From Psilocybe cubensis (taxonomy: Eukaryota): 64,000 nt of DNA. The notes under the pieces were generated by a model. The model searched no databases and had not been told where the DNA came from. It saw only the letters and a list, made by a program, of their open reading frames with translations. This document shows positions 39,480-51,779 of the stretch, piece after piece. The stretch is from contig CM039001.1 of the NCBI GenBank assembly GCA_017499595.2, positions 2,294,001 through 2,358,000 of the forward strand. The letters are read 5' to 3'. The position numbers were made by a program, and so were the translations under genes. How positions within the stretch are numbered: the stretch's first letter is position 1; the number at the start of each line of letters is the position of its first letter.

Positions 39480-40120
39480 CATCCGAGAGCGATGTTTTAT
39501 GGATATTGCATGGGTGTAGTCGGTATCATGATGGCGACCGCATGCTTTGAACTGATGCAGAGTACGTCAGGTCGTAGACGGCTGGTCATTTGGCTATTCT
39601 GGATTCCCCGAGTGACTGAAACGGTCCGGGATAAAGGGTATAGGTCGGTCTGCGATGGGAAAAATAGAAAATAGCACACGGCGACCATGCAATTGAATTA
39701 TGGTTGATGCGACATATATCCTCAATCACAGCAGTTCGTGACGCTGGCAAATTTATGACCGAATTTTCGTCTCGATATCGATAAATGTTGTAACCAGAGC
39801 CCAAGGAATGCAACGAGGTGTTCTTTTCCCGCTATGGGCGCCACATTGTTGGTGGCGGTGTATCGAAGCATACCTCCGAATTTCGAGGCTCGAGCATGAG
39901 GGAGGAAGTTCTGTAGATCAGAAGGCGGACAACAACTGCACCCACCGCAACCTAGATTAAACATCGAGTCGCCCAGCGAAAATAGCTTTGGCCAAAGCGC
40001 ATCCAACGATCAAGTCCATGGTTTCGCCGAGATGAAAAAAAAAGTGTTGTCGCTGAATGGTACGCTAGAAGTCTCCGCTGTTTGCATATTTGTTAACACT
40101 CTGGTATTCTCGTCGACACC
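39480..40120 (-). pseudogene. Possible decayed F-box/LRR (RNI-like) gene fragment
   Basis: One minus-strand frame reads ...ELPPSCSSLEIRR...IPWALVTTF..., resembling agaric LRR-like P..L..LEI and PWxQLT motifs, but is broken by several stops. Confidence 0.25.
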
Positions 40121-40913
40121 CTGAAGAAATAATAGATGGACAGTAGACAGGATGAGGCCGCTTTGACAGTGATTGTAGGCCATTGGCGGAAACACCCATC
40201 GGCGACAACATTCCATACATAGATTCACTTCAGTGACGAGAATACAATGGGAAAAAAGTGGATCCTATTCTTGGAGAGCTTCTGGACAAGGGGCATTAGA
40301 GAGGATTTTGTATTAGTGTAAGAATAATTTACCTTTATGTAAAATATTTTTATCGTGTAGCATGAGATGTCGTCCAAATATCTGGAAGTTTGGTGCGAGT
40401 CCGCGGGTTATTGATGAACAATGGAGGAAAAGCAAGTTCCATTGTAAACTAATTGTTTTCGAAGAAAAATCATAGTCAAGCTGCATGCATTATAATTCCT
40501 AACCTCGCAGAAATACGTGACCGAAAGAATCAAACGTAGTGTAAAAGCGAAATCGACCAGCCCAGGATGGCAGGACGGCGTTAGGCTTTCGGGCTGGATT
40601 ATTTTTACTGTACCCCGCGAGTCTTCCACCAAGGATAACCTATATGGGGCCAGTCGTGTCATTCATCACTATTTAGTAGGCATAGGGCATCGGACGTTTT
40701 GTTGGGCTTCTGATCTTCGAGAATCACTTTGGAGCCGCGGCGTCTCTGCGGCAGAAGGGACAGAGCAAGACCAGTTATGGTAGGATGAGGAATGTTAGAT
40801 TAGCAGAAAATGCAAGTTCAAAGCGTGTAGATGAATCAAGATAAAAGTATCCGAGAGGCTGGATAGTAGTCTGGGTATATCCGGAGTACGGTAAGGTATT
40901 GTGGTTTTGGAGA

Positions 40914-41509
40914 TCAAGCAATGGCAAGCGCTATACATATACAGATCAGAGACTCCTACAGAAAGGCAAGGTTAGATAATAGAAAACTCCGCATAGGTGG
41001 ATTATCTTTAGCTTGATACCGACATTATGATACATTTCCTGAGCGACAACGTCACCCTCCTCCCAATGACAGACGATATCTGCTCTGGAGAAAAGGAAGT
41101 CGAAATATCTCAAGGTCAGATGGCCAGATGAGCAGAGAAACAATCACAGGCAGCCCACCTGCCACCCTGGCCGAGATTTTCGTTAATTTGTACCAATACA
41201 ACATATTTACTAAAATGCAAGAGTGAACCGCATGATCATCTTGAGTTGGTGTTGATGAGGAAATTTCTGGCGGACTCACAATCCGCGTGGTTGAATTTCC
41301 AGCATTCTTTCTTTAACCCTCTCCCCAATCTCCTTCATCCAACCTTTGAGTCGGTCACGATCCTTTCCAGGCCACGCACTGCTTTGCAGAGTAGAAGATA
41401 GGAGTTTTCTCATATAAGCCTTCAACAAATCAGCATCGAATTTGGGTCTCGGCGAGGAAGCCAACGATCGCGAAGGCGCCGGTGAGCGCAGGTCAGATAC
41501 ATGGGACAT
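40914..41509 (-). CDS. Tctex-1 family dynein light chain
   Basis: Four exons: ...EIGERVKERMLEIQPRGF|KYIVLVQINENLGQGGR|ADIVCHWEEGDVVAQEMYHN|ESLICICIALAIA. Confidence 0.85.
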
Positions 41510-41771
41510 GAAGGAAGAAAGGTAACCAGCACCGCAATGCGATTCCAATTCACAGCAAAAGAGATGGAGACAAGTTTGGGGGACCTTGGCAGGACGCGAT
41601 GATATTGTTTGTGTATGTGGTTGTCACGTGTTTGAGGGAATTCGCGCGCGGGTCGCTTTCGCTTGCCGCCCACTCACTCCGAGTCAATTCATACCCGACT
41701 ACAGCATTACTGGCGTCAATCTGATTCTTGTGTCCTTGTCGAGAGATAAGTCATAGTCTTGCTTCTTCAGG

Positions 41772-43191
41772 ATGTCTTCAATATCCTTTCCGCACTCAAA
41801 TGGGTTGTCAAATTCACACCATGAAGACCAGTTCTATACACCATCATTCGATACCAGTTCATTCCAAATGAACCCACATTCTTCACATCCTCCTCGAACA
41901 CCGCGTACTTCAATGCACGCTAGCTCATCAAATAACTACTCTGCGAGCATATATGAGACCAAGGAGGAGATAGAAGAGAAGGTTGACCCAGAGGACTTTG
42001 AAGTTGATCTTGAAGAGGAGAGAGTTCAGGAGGCGGAGAAGAGAATCACAAAGGAGGAAGTTTGGCGCGAGATGTTTGTGACGAGCAACGGAAGGGACAA
42101 GGCTTTTGTGAGTGGCACATTACTCGTATATTCATAGGAAACTCATTCAATACGACGCACCACCAAGAAACTTATACAATATTCTATTAAAGTCGCATTA
42201 GTGTTCCACCTCTCTCTGACTAGCAGCCGACTACTCCGTCGCTCTTCCCGTCCGCCATGGGAACAGAACATTGTTAATCGCCTCACTTCGACAGCCTCTG
42301 GCCTTTCCTTCACAAGGCAGGTCTTAAATATCCGAAAACACGTGTAAATCATCATTTCTCACTATTCGATTGACTATAGAAAGCTCTTGCTTCTTTTCAA
42401 CTGGCTGCATCCCTTGACACAGATCTTAGCGCAGCAATCTGTGCCTTTTTCTGCAGAAGTGTCTACGGAGAAGGCTAAGAAGGTGCAAAAACCATTTTTG
42501 CATACCATACTGTACGCACCACCGCCCGTTCTACTGGAACTAGCGAATGCTGCTGCGGATGATGTTGCTACATGGTCGAGGCTAGGATTACTAGGGAAAA
42601 AGATTGGCAGCCGAGCGGAGGACTTTTCCAACTGGTGTTGGTTGCTCTCCACCCTTGTCGGGCTAGTCGAAAATGGGGTGGAGCGACAAATGATTAATAG
42701 CTTGGAAGCCGAAGGTTGGTTCTTTCTTCCTTTGGCTGTTGAAAATGTCTTAGGAGGCGTTTGATAGTTGAGGGCCGCCTATATAAAGAGTCCATGACGG
42801 GCGCGACTGCTAAATCAAAGCCGAAATCAACGAAATTGGACGAGAAGGAACTAGCGAGGCTCAGAAAACAAGATTACTGGTTGCAAGTGACGCGCGCGAA
42901 GCTTCTTATGGACCTGATCTTCGTTTGTAAGTTTATGTGTAATGCAAAAGGGTCGAACGCTTATTTCTGTGTTCTTTTCCCACACAGCCTATGATGTTTT
43001 CAATCTTCGAAGAGGTCGCGACACGATCAAGGCGTTTGCAGGTCTCACGGCAGCGATTTTGAGGTACGGCGTTTATCTAATCTCATCGACGTCGTCTTCT
43101 GTTCTTATGGGAGATGTTACACAGCTCTGCGAAGCTTTACGATCGTCATAAGAATGCACTTCTCAAGACCCTTTTGACATCGACATCATGA
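41772..43191 (+). CDS. Pex11-family peroxisomal membrane protein with N-terminal extension
   Basis: GRDKAF|KLIQYSIK, SGLSFTR|KLLLLFNW, DDVATWSRLG, C-terminal AKLLMDLIFV...AGLTAAILSSAKLY. Second intron is GC-AG. Confidence 0.75.
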
Positions 43192-43401
43192 TGCCGTCTT
43201 TATGTATTTTTTCTTGTTTCGGTGGACAGTTGTAGGGCCATCGCGTATACCCTTGCGAGTCTTGGGACCCGTTTTCGTCTATCACAACACCCTTGTGCCG
43301 TGATATTTGGCACATAGGGGACGTGGTGTTACCCATATACATAGACTATATCATTAATAGGTGTTGCAGGTTTTTATATCCAGATATGTAAAAGCATATG
43401 A

Positions 43402-43834
43402 TCACCACCATCGCCATCGAGATGTTGGAGCCTCTGGCTCAGCTTGGGAGGATGTCTGTGTTTCGGATGCTCGCTGCTGTTGGAGCGCCTCAATTTCTGC
43501 TTCGAGCTCTGCAACGCGTGCGGTAGCTTCGTCGATGAATTTTTCATGTGAGAGTTTTAATTGCGTCAGTTGGAGACCCTGTGGGATAATTACACGTATG
43601 CTTGAGCGTGGATCGTCATATATAGACAAGACAAGCATGGCAGACCAAAAAAACGGCAGAGCCCAATAGAAAGACTGGAATCATAGCGGGCAAAGTGTCT
43701 GAATAGAAAGAGCCATGGCGAGACTTTGGTGTAGTAGTAGCGTAGCAGCGAGCACTAGATGGACGTTTGGATGGATTTTGCAAAGACGAGCGACAGGCCC
43801 GCAGTCCTGCAAGGAGATAGTGCGTGGAAGGCAT
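43402..43834 (-). CDS. Small single-pass, probably mitochondrial protein (presequence, TM helix, coiled coil)
   Basis: Arg/Ser-rich N-terminus ending RCYA, TM MIPVFLLGSAVFL|GLQL, coiled coil, tail RWRWW; one intron. Confidence 0.65.
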
Positions 43835-44354
43835 AGACAAAAATGCTATCTGGGAAAGAAAAAAGAGGTCAGCTGAAGAGCGTGTACAGACAATGAAGGT
43901 ATGTCGGAAGATTAGGACAGACATTGATTGCAAGACTGCAGCCAAGTGGGGCAGATGGACGACGGTAGTCGTAGAGAATATGTATTCGCAACCTTTACCT
44001 CATTTGATATGATTGACATGTGGAGCTGTCACGCCCACGTCAGTAAACACAATCACGTTCATCCTCCGCGTCCATACAAGCGCGCAGAAAAATCGAGAAA
44101 AATCGCAGAAAAAGCGAGAAAAAGACTACGCGGCGGGGAGGCAATTGCGCACGAGGAGAGACCGGAGAGGAGGGCAGAGTAGAGGGATCAAAATGCAAAA
44201 TGGAGTGAATTAAAGGAGGCTGTGTGCGGGTGTGACCTTGGCGTGTGACATGCGGTGTTGCGGGGAATAGAGCCCTGTGCCTAGGCAGTTGTCCTGTTTT
44301 CTACGCTGTGGTCCTCTCTCTCCTTTACCCATCACCAGGCTGGTCCAGCGAGTA

Positions 44355-45604
44355 ATGGAGCCCATCCCAGACGCCTCGCCGCCTCGAGTTCCCCTTCGTT
44401 ATCCGAGTCTTGCTCAGGATGCAGACCAGATAGACGAAAAGGCTCCTCCCACAGCCAACTACGCGCCAGATCATCGTAAAAAGCGCCCACCGACTCTCTC
44501 TCCATCTCCAGCACACTGGTCTCCGTACTATTCTCCCGATTCTTCTCGTCCATACCCTTCTTCGTCGCGCTACTCGCCTCATACTCCCCACATTCGCTTC
44601 AATCCACAACCCCGTTTCCGCAGCAGTACTCGCCCTTCATGGCTCTCCATACTGAGGCCCTGGTTGCCCCTCATCATGTATGCTATCACCAGTCTCGCCT
44701 TTGTTGTCGCCGTAGCCATGTATCGGACAGAGCTCTTCACATGTGCGTTTCTCCCCGTTGACACATCATTCTTGCATTTCTAAATCGTTGCCCAAATTAG
44801 ATCTTGACGAATTGTCTCTCTGGTTACGCGCCGACGAGCAGTATGGTCATGCTGTCCTTTTCTTTTTGATTTTCCTTACTACAATCCGTACGTCGTGCAA
44901 CATTTTTCGTGCTTTTTTTATCGCTAATGCTCCCCGCTATAGCTCCCATACCTCTGTATTCTACTCTCATCGTCTTATCTGGTTACACTTTTGGCCCATG
45001 GACCGGCGCTATCATCTCTTATTTTGCCGCTCTTTCGGGCGCCCTCATTGTATTTATCGTTTCTCGTCTACTTTTCCGCGAATCTATCGAACGCTGGCTT
45101 GCTTCCTGCACGACCATCAAACGGGTCGTGCGTGCAATCGAAAAGCGCCCGAAATTGCTTTTCCTAATTCGGCTTGCCCCCTACCCCTACAATGTCATGA
45201 ACTGCTTGCTCGCAGCGTCTCCCACCCTCACTCTTCATACCTACACCGTCTGCACTGCCTTGTCTTTATTCAAGGTCATCATACATACCAGCGTCGGCGC
45301 ATCGATACATTCCTTCCGAGATTATCACAACAGCAATGATGCTTCCCCTTCTGATGACGACGAAAGTGGGACCGATATGATGGCTCGCTTATGGACAATT
45401 CTGGGCATTCTTCTCTGCGTGCTGATCCTAGTCTATCTTTCCGTCGTTGCTCGCCGGGCCGTCGATGAAGAATTGGACGACGGACCCATCACAGCTCATG
45501 ATGCGGAAGAAACGAGAGGATTCCTCTCTGGTGCAGACAGCGACCCCGAATCAGGCATGCACGACCGCCCCATGTCGGAAATACCGTTCCGGGGCGATAG
45601 ATAA
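44355..45604 (+). CDS. TVP38: Tvp38/TMEM64 (DedA/SNARE-associated) Golgi membrane protein
   Basis: PPIPLYSTLIVLSGYTFG, GALIVFIVSR, LLFLIRLAPYPYNVMN; two introns. Confidence 0.85.
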
Positions 45605-48040
45605 AAGTGTGAGTGTCCCCCCGTCGGGCACCCTTGCAGTTCAGCCATGGTTCAGCCGACACGTTTGCTCGGTGATCACGAGATTTAATGGTTTCCCTCG
45701 ACTCATGTGTTACATTTATTCAAGCCCATTCAATCCTCACGCACCCTCCCATATGCTATCAGCCCAGCGTTCCAGTTCGAGTCCTTTCACCCTATCACGT
45801 CCCATTCATTTACATTACGCACACGGTCTTTACTACTATCCTCGGCCATCGGACTTTTTGGTTTTTAATATTATTACACACTGGTATATATCTTTTCTTA
45901 ATCGCTGTCTATTTTGGCTATCCTACACCATCTCTTTCGTCTCCCTCTTTTCTTTCGTTTCCTAATCTTCGAGGACATGTGCATGGCACATCAGACAGCG
46001 ATGTATTCATAGATAGATATTCGCCAAGTTGGAATTCTGTGTACTTGTATTTAACGTAGCTGACTTGTAGCTAAATTGATTGAAGTGAAGCATAAGCACC
46101 CCAGATTTGAGGACTGCAGCGCAGAGGAAAAAGAGAAAGCACGTGGATGGCAGTGGGAGTACCGTCGCGGAGTGACAAAAGGCTGAAAACCTTATCCTAT
46201 TTTAGTAGAGCACTGTTTATTTGCTTCCTTCTTTCCGATCAGAAGTTCTGTTGGGAAATCGTCCGATGGAGATCTCGATCACGGGTGCGTGCGACGGTTA
46301 TCTGTGTTCTATTTTGGGCACTGGTCTCCGGGGTCTGCCTATTCCCGGGCCCCGGCCACCCGACGCGCCGCGACTTGAGCTCTCTGCAAGTTTGAAGTCG
46401 CACAAGATGACTGATCGTGTCCAACTCTTGCCGCTGCCTTGGGCTTTCTTCGGCCAAACGCGACCCTGCAACCCGCCCATCCGCCAATTGCCAATGACCC
46501 CAACCATGAATATTATGATCGTCCTCGTTATCTTGCCGATGACCTTTTGCGCAATGCCCACAATCTCCGCACGTGGGGGCCCCCGGGGGGGCTGGCTCGC
46601 TGCTGCGCGTTACCTGCACCAGTTAATAATGGCGGATAATGGCATCGCGACCGCTGCTTTGCATTTGGGGTGCACTGATTACCCAGTTGCGTAGTCATTT
46701 ACTGCCATGCATCAGCTCGCTTTTTTTTTTCTGGTCTACAAAAACCCTCGTTTTTACGTCTGGATTGCATAGTCTGGACGACCGCTGCCTTAATGCCCGA
46801 GTCCCGGGTTCCAAAGCCGGCCTCTGCATTGCCCTTTGGGGATCGATCCTTTTCATCGCACAATCACCGGGACTTGCACTATAGTGCACCTCTGGGTCGA
46901 CAACTTTGAAAAAAAAATCCTGACTGTCATTGTTTCATGTCCCCGTCGTGGCATGCAATTGAGGCTGTAAAAGACTAGCTGCTTGCCAATCAATGTTGCC
47001 ATCTCTCTTTGCATCTGAGGAATTGCAAACGCCGTGCGTACCATGTACAAAAACACATTACAGGGTTCTCGTTCATGTCCATCGCATGCCCACGTCCTCT
47101 GTATCCCGTTCATTTCATCTCACCGAGTTTGTATATATAGAAACGACGAAATGACAGTCCACGTACAGGAAAAACAGACACACTGCAGTTAAACATATCT
47201 CTTGTCCTGTCATGCTGCTGTTTACACGGCCGCCCGTCTGTATCACAGAGTTCTGTCGCTCTGCCAGGCTCAAAGATAAATCATGGTCTGGCCTTGACTG
47301 ATTGACTGAAAGATCGCAAGTCGACATTATATATTATCCCTTCAACCTCATTCCACCGATGTGCCCAGATTTTTTTAAAAAAAATATTTAAACCGTCGTG
47401 CGAATGGATGAGACAGCCTCTGACCTCGAGGTCCTCAAAAAAAAATACAAAGATCCATAATCTTGGTTGTGCGCGCGTTATCATCCAAAATACCCAACAA
47501 ATAGGATTTTCACCAAGGGCAGGCTTCTCAGAGGAAGCGCTAGCGCACTACTCCTATCATAAGCGCGCTAATTAGGCTTAGCACCGACTTTGTCACTGTC
47601 TGACGGGTGGGGCTCGCAAGTGGGAATAATAAAATAACGTCGTGCACCCGGGGACATACGACCCTTTACGAGAATCTGATTAGAGTAATAATTGGATTTG
47701 CACAGTTATTTTCTCCATTTTTTTATACCACTTACGAAAAGGTTACATTACATTACATACACAGTGACCAGTGAACACCCGAGTCGTATGAAAGCATGAA
47801 GACATGTTCACATTGAACATCGCGTGAATTATCAGAGCGCATGTGCCCATGTTTTTTTTTCCTTGCATGCTATTCTGGAAAGAGTTCCCTTTGCAGCTGT
47901 GGTATGGCAAATACGCCCATGCTCCAAAATACACCACAAGACACCAGCCAGCGACTCTCGGCCATTTGCGTGAGCAGTTAGTTGGTATACACGCGTGTAC
48001 CGTAGAAACTCGCACTTGATTTATTTATGACTCCCCCACT

Positions 48041-48059
48041 CACGCACGCACGCACGCAC
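48041..48059. repeat. (CACG)n short tandem repeat
   Basis: cacgcacgcacgcacgcac downstream of the HSF gene. Confidence 0.8.
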
Positions 48060-49226
48060 TTGCAATGTATGTACATGGAAAACAAGAGCATCATCATCAT
48101 GGAAATACGCCATTCCTACGCACTCGTTATTCTCTTTGTCTTGTCTTTCTTCCAAAACCTTTAAACTCCAAGGTGCGCTAGTCTCGATGGGGTTTTCCCA
48201 ATTAAACGTCGTTCCTTCCGCCCGTCCCGTCATTGGTGCGCGTTACGTCCGTACGCCATACCACTTATCACTGATAATACATTTACACTCTCCCAATCGA
48301 GGATGAGCAGGGCCAATGAAAAATCCACAACACATCATCGACGACATGACTCCGCACACCCAAGTGCTAAAAATACCCTGACCCCCCGAGGGTAACGAAA
48401 CGAGTATACGTACACACGTACGACAACCGAAATGCAAGGGCTTCGGTCCGAATTTTTTCATACCTCTACATGGAACAAATTTCACCACCGACGACAGCAC
48501 TCGGAAAAACTCGGTCTGAAAATCTTCAACTCTTTGATGTTTGTCTTTTGGGTTCGATAATAATACATACATAGCAGGAGCTGTCAAAAGCGGAGCAGGA
48601 AACACGATAATGAAGAAGAAAAGAAAAGCCGCAGAAAAAGATCTGAAAAAGGTGCAAAGATGTCCAAAACAACGACGAACGAGAGAGTTGTGGGTATGCA
48701 AGTAGAATGAGAGGACAAGGTGCGCGTGCAGGATGGTATCGATGACGGGTAAAGAGAGAGAGAGATCGTGCATAAAAGATATGTTGTGAGCGAGCGTGAG
48801 GGGACGTGGTTGCGGGCGTGGCGTGAGTCGGTGTTCTGTACAAGATTGATTGATTGAAGAAAAAAAAGACTTCCAAGATGATGTGAGGGCGGGTGCGCTT
48901 TTGCATGCAGATTTTTTGATGGATGCGGAAACAATGGAATGAAAATAGAGAAAGATGAAGGGAGAAAGACATTCGACTTTTTTTTACGTTGCGGTGCTTC
49001 CCTGAGTATCCCAGTCCGAGAAAAGAGAAAAAAAAAAGAAAGAGAAAGTCTGAAACAAACTAGAAAGTGAGGCCACAAGTCAACAAGAAAAAAGAGCGAG
49101 GATAAACCAGTCAAGAGCGAGCAGCATGTTGACCAAAGGCGAGACCACCGCTTCGGTGTTTCTAAATGGTGAAGCGAAAGAGCACGCGCTGCGTGCGCGT
49201 GGGCGGATGAACGTTTGTTTTGGACT

Positions 49227-51602
49227 CTATAGGTCACTCGCGACCTTGTTGTAATGGTGGTGAGGAAGATGCTCGTTCATTGGTACAAACCCGAAGTCGG
49301 GTGAGACTGATGATAAACTGACGGTCAGTAATCGAGGAGTAAAAAAGGACGAAAACGCAGTGCAGAGAAAAAAAGTAAAATCATGAGCAATCAGAACATA
49401 AATAAGAGTTGAGCAAGGAGCGGAGAGAGTGGGACAAATGGGTTTAAGAAGGAGACTATGACAAATGGGTATAAATTTCCAATTATCATATATGTGATAT
49501 ATCGGGGCGACGACATGTAAACCAAAATAAGGGTTGGCGAGACGTAGATCCGATTTGAAAATGGGGGGTTGAGGAATAGGTGACAACGAAAGAAACCGGC
49601 CGATCGTGACGTATCGCGTTGCGTGCGTCGCCGTTGTAGCGGCGGAGACAAAAGTAAAATTCCGTAATACGCAAAGAAATGAAGAAATGACGGGGAAAGC
49701 ACGAATGGAAAAACAAAGGGAGAATGAAAAAGACTTACATCTATTGATATCCGTCTCTCCATGGTAGTTATCTGGGACAGGGGGGGTATTAGCCTGCGAC
49801 GACGATGTGTGCGAGGCTGCAGAGATCGAGGATGTCGAAGTGGACGGTCGAACAGCAGTTCTGTGGCTTGCCCACCCGTTGGCGTCGTTCATGGACTCCA
49901 TCGACGCTGTATGCCCCACCGCGCCCGGTATTGCCGAGTATGCAAATTCGGCTTGAGAGCTGTTGAAGCTGTATGGATCCACCGAAGGAAGTTGGATCAT
50001 GCTCCTCACGCGTGGAAGACCAGCCGATTGATGGTTATCGATCGGCTGCGGTGATGTCGACGGACGTTGTTGCTCATTTGGGTGATCGTAGGGGCTTGGG
50101 TATGGACTAACGGCTTGGCTGTGCCGTCGCTCCCTGCGCACGCTCAAAGATCCCGAGTTGTTGTAGTTGGACTTTGAGGAGGTCGGCCGAGCTGGAGAAA
50201 TTGGCCTATGATGGCTGGAGCTGGGCCGCGAGTAGTCGTCCTGGTATGGCATGGAGGAAACGGACGACATGGAGTAGCCAGTGGTGGGGCGGCTATCGGG
50301 GGAGAGGGAAGAAGCACTGTGTTCGCCTTGCATTGGCATGGAAGAAAAGGGCGAACCATAGGATGTGTTGATGGTAGGCGGCTGTGGGCGAGAATAGCCG
50401 TTGCTGCTGGGATTGAGCAGCGAAGAGAGACTGCTGTTATGGCTGGAGGAGCCGCCGTGATAGGACCAGCTGCTATGTTCGTTTTGATAAGGGTGGTGGT
50501 ACTGGGACTGATTGGAGCTAGAATAATTAGATATTTGGTGAAAATTAGGACTTGGGGTATCATCAGATGGGGTAATCGGGTGGAGATGCTGAGGTGAGTG
50601 ATTGTACATATTATTTTGCTGGGGTATGTGAGGAGGGTCAGAGGGAACCATAAGAGGAGGAAGAGCAGAACGAGAAAAGTTGTTATTCCAACCGGCTGCT
50701 GTGGCAGCACCAGCAGCACCGCCAGCAGCACCCTGGTTCAAAGGGGTGAATGAACCGGGAGCTGAAAAACCACGGGCACGACCTATCGGACCGTTCAAAA
50801 GCTTGTGGGAAGGATGACCGACGGAAGAAGGAACCGTGAGAGGGACGGGGCCCATTCCAATTGCGGAACGCGGCGGCGGAATGGATTGCTGATCCTGGAT
50901 ATCGCGCTTTCGAGGCTTGGGAAGACGAGGAGGTACGCGACGCTTAAAATTAGCAACGACCTCTGGAGGAGAGTGGCGGTTGAGAGTTGGGTGGGCTGAA
51001 CAACAAGAAGGAAAAAAAAATAATCAGCGACGGTGGTAAAGACGACAAGATGGATATAAAGACATACACCAAGTGCTTGCATCTGGATCGTCAATGGCGG
51101 GATCGACATTGCGCAAGTTGACTTTGCGCATAAAGCCATAGATCTATCAAGTGTTTGAGCTGAAAGAATTGGGAGTGTGAGTGAAAAAAGACAGACATTG
51201 AGCTGGCGAGAAAAACTAGCGAAGCGCGACTGGCGATAAATGCTAGGCAGGACATGGAGAGCGAGCTGCTCTGGACGCTCGACGATGATATGCTCGCCTG
51301 CAGGATCCCAGCGAATCATATGGTGGTTTTCTGGGCGTTCGAGAAGACTTGTGGTGTGTTTGCAGAGAGACGGTTGAGAACAAGATGAGAACATACGCGT
51401 AGAGTTTTGTGAGAAAGGTAGCCTGGGGCTTAGCCTCTGGCTTCTGGTGGTCAGCGGACTTTGTAGGACTTGGAGGCTGGTCATGGTTGTCGTCGGAAGA
51501 GTTGTTGCTGGAGCCAGCAGACAGAAGAGGTGGGGGATACTGGGAATACTGAGAGTCGTCTCTGTGGCGCATGGTGTAGGACGGAGGGTAGAGATCAGCC
51601 AT
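49227..51602 (-). CDS. HSF-type DNA-binding domain transcription factor
   Basis: ATFLTKLY|..LLERPENHHMIRWD...VLPSIYRQSRFASFSRQLN|IYGFMRK, followed by a long Ser/Pro/His-rich region. Last intron 49738-49307. Confidence 0.9.
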
Positions 51603-51779
51603 GGTGTGGACCGAGTTGGGTTAGGTATTTCAATACTGACGGTGGAGAAAGGGAGAGTTCCGAAATACGTAAATGCTCAGCTTTTGTCAGATCTCAGATA
51701 CCCGAGGCGCCGAGGTAAACACTCCATATGTATTGTCATATCAACTCCATCAAGATCCATCACAGAGTCCCCGGTCACT

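Noticed and set aside
46147-46694. GC-rich ORFs and GGGGGCCCCC palindromes
   Set aside because: No coherent gene or RNA family recognisable.
48243-49237. Long Phe/Leu/Ser-rich minus-strand ORFs (148-217 aa)
   Set aside because: Translation of the T/C-rich sequence downstream of the HSF gene (likely 3' UTR); low complexity, no motifs.
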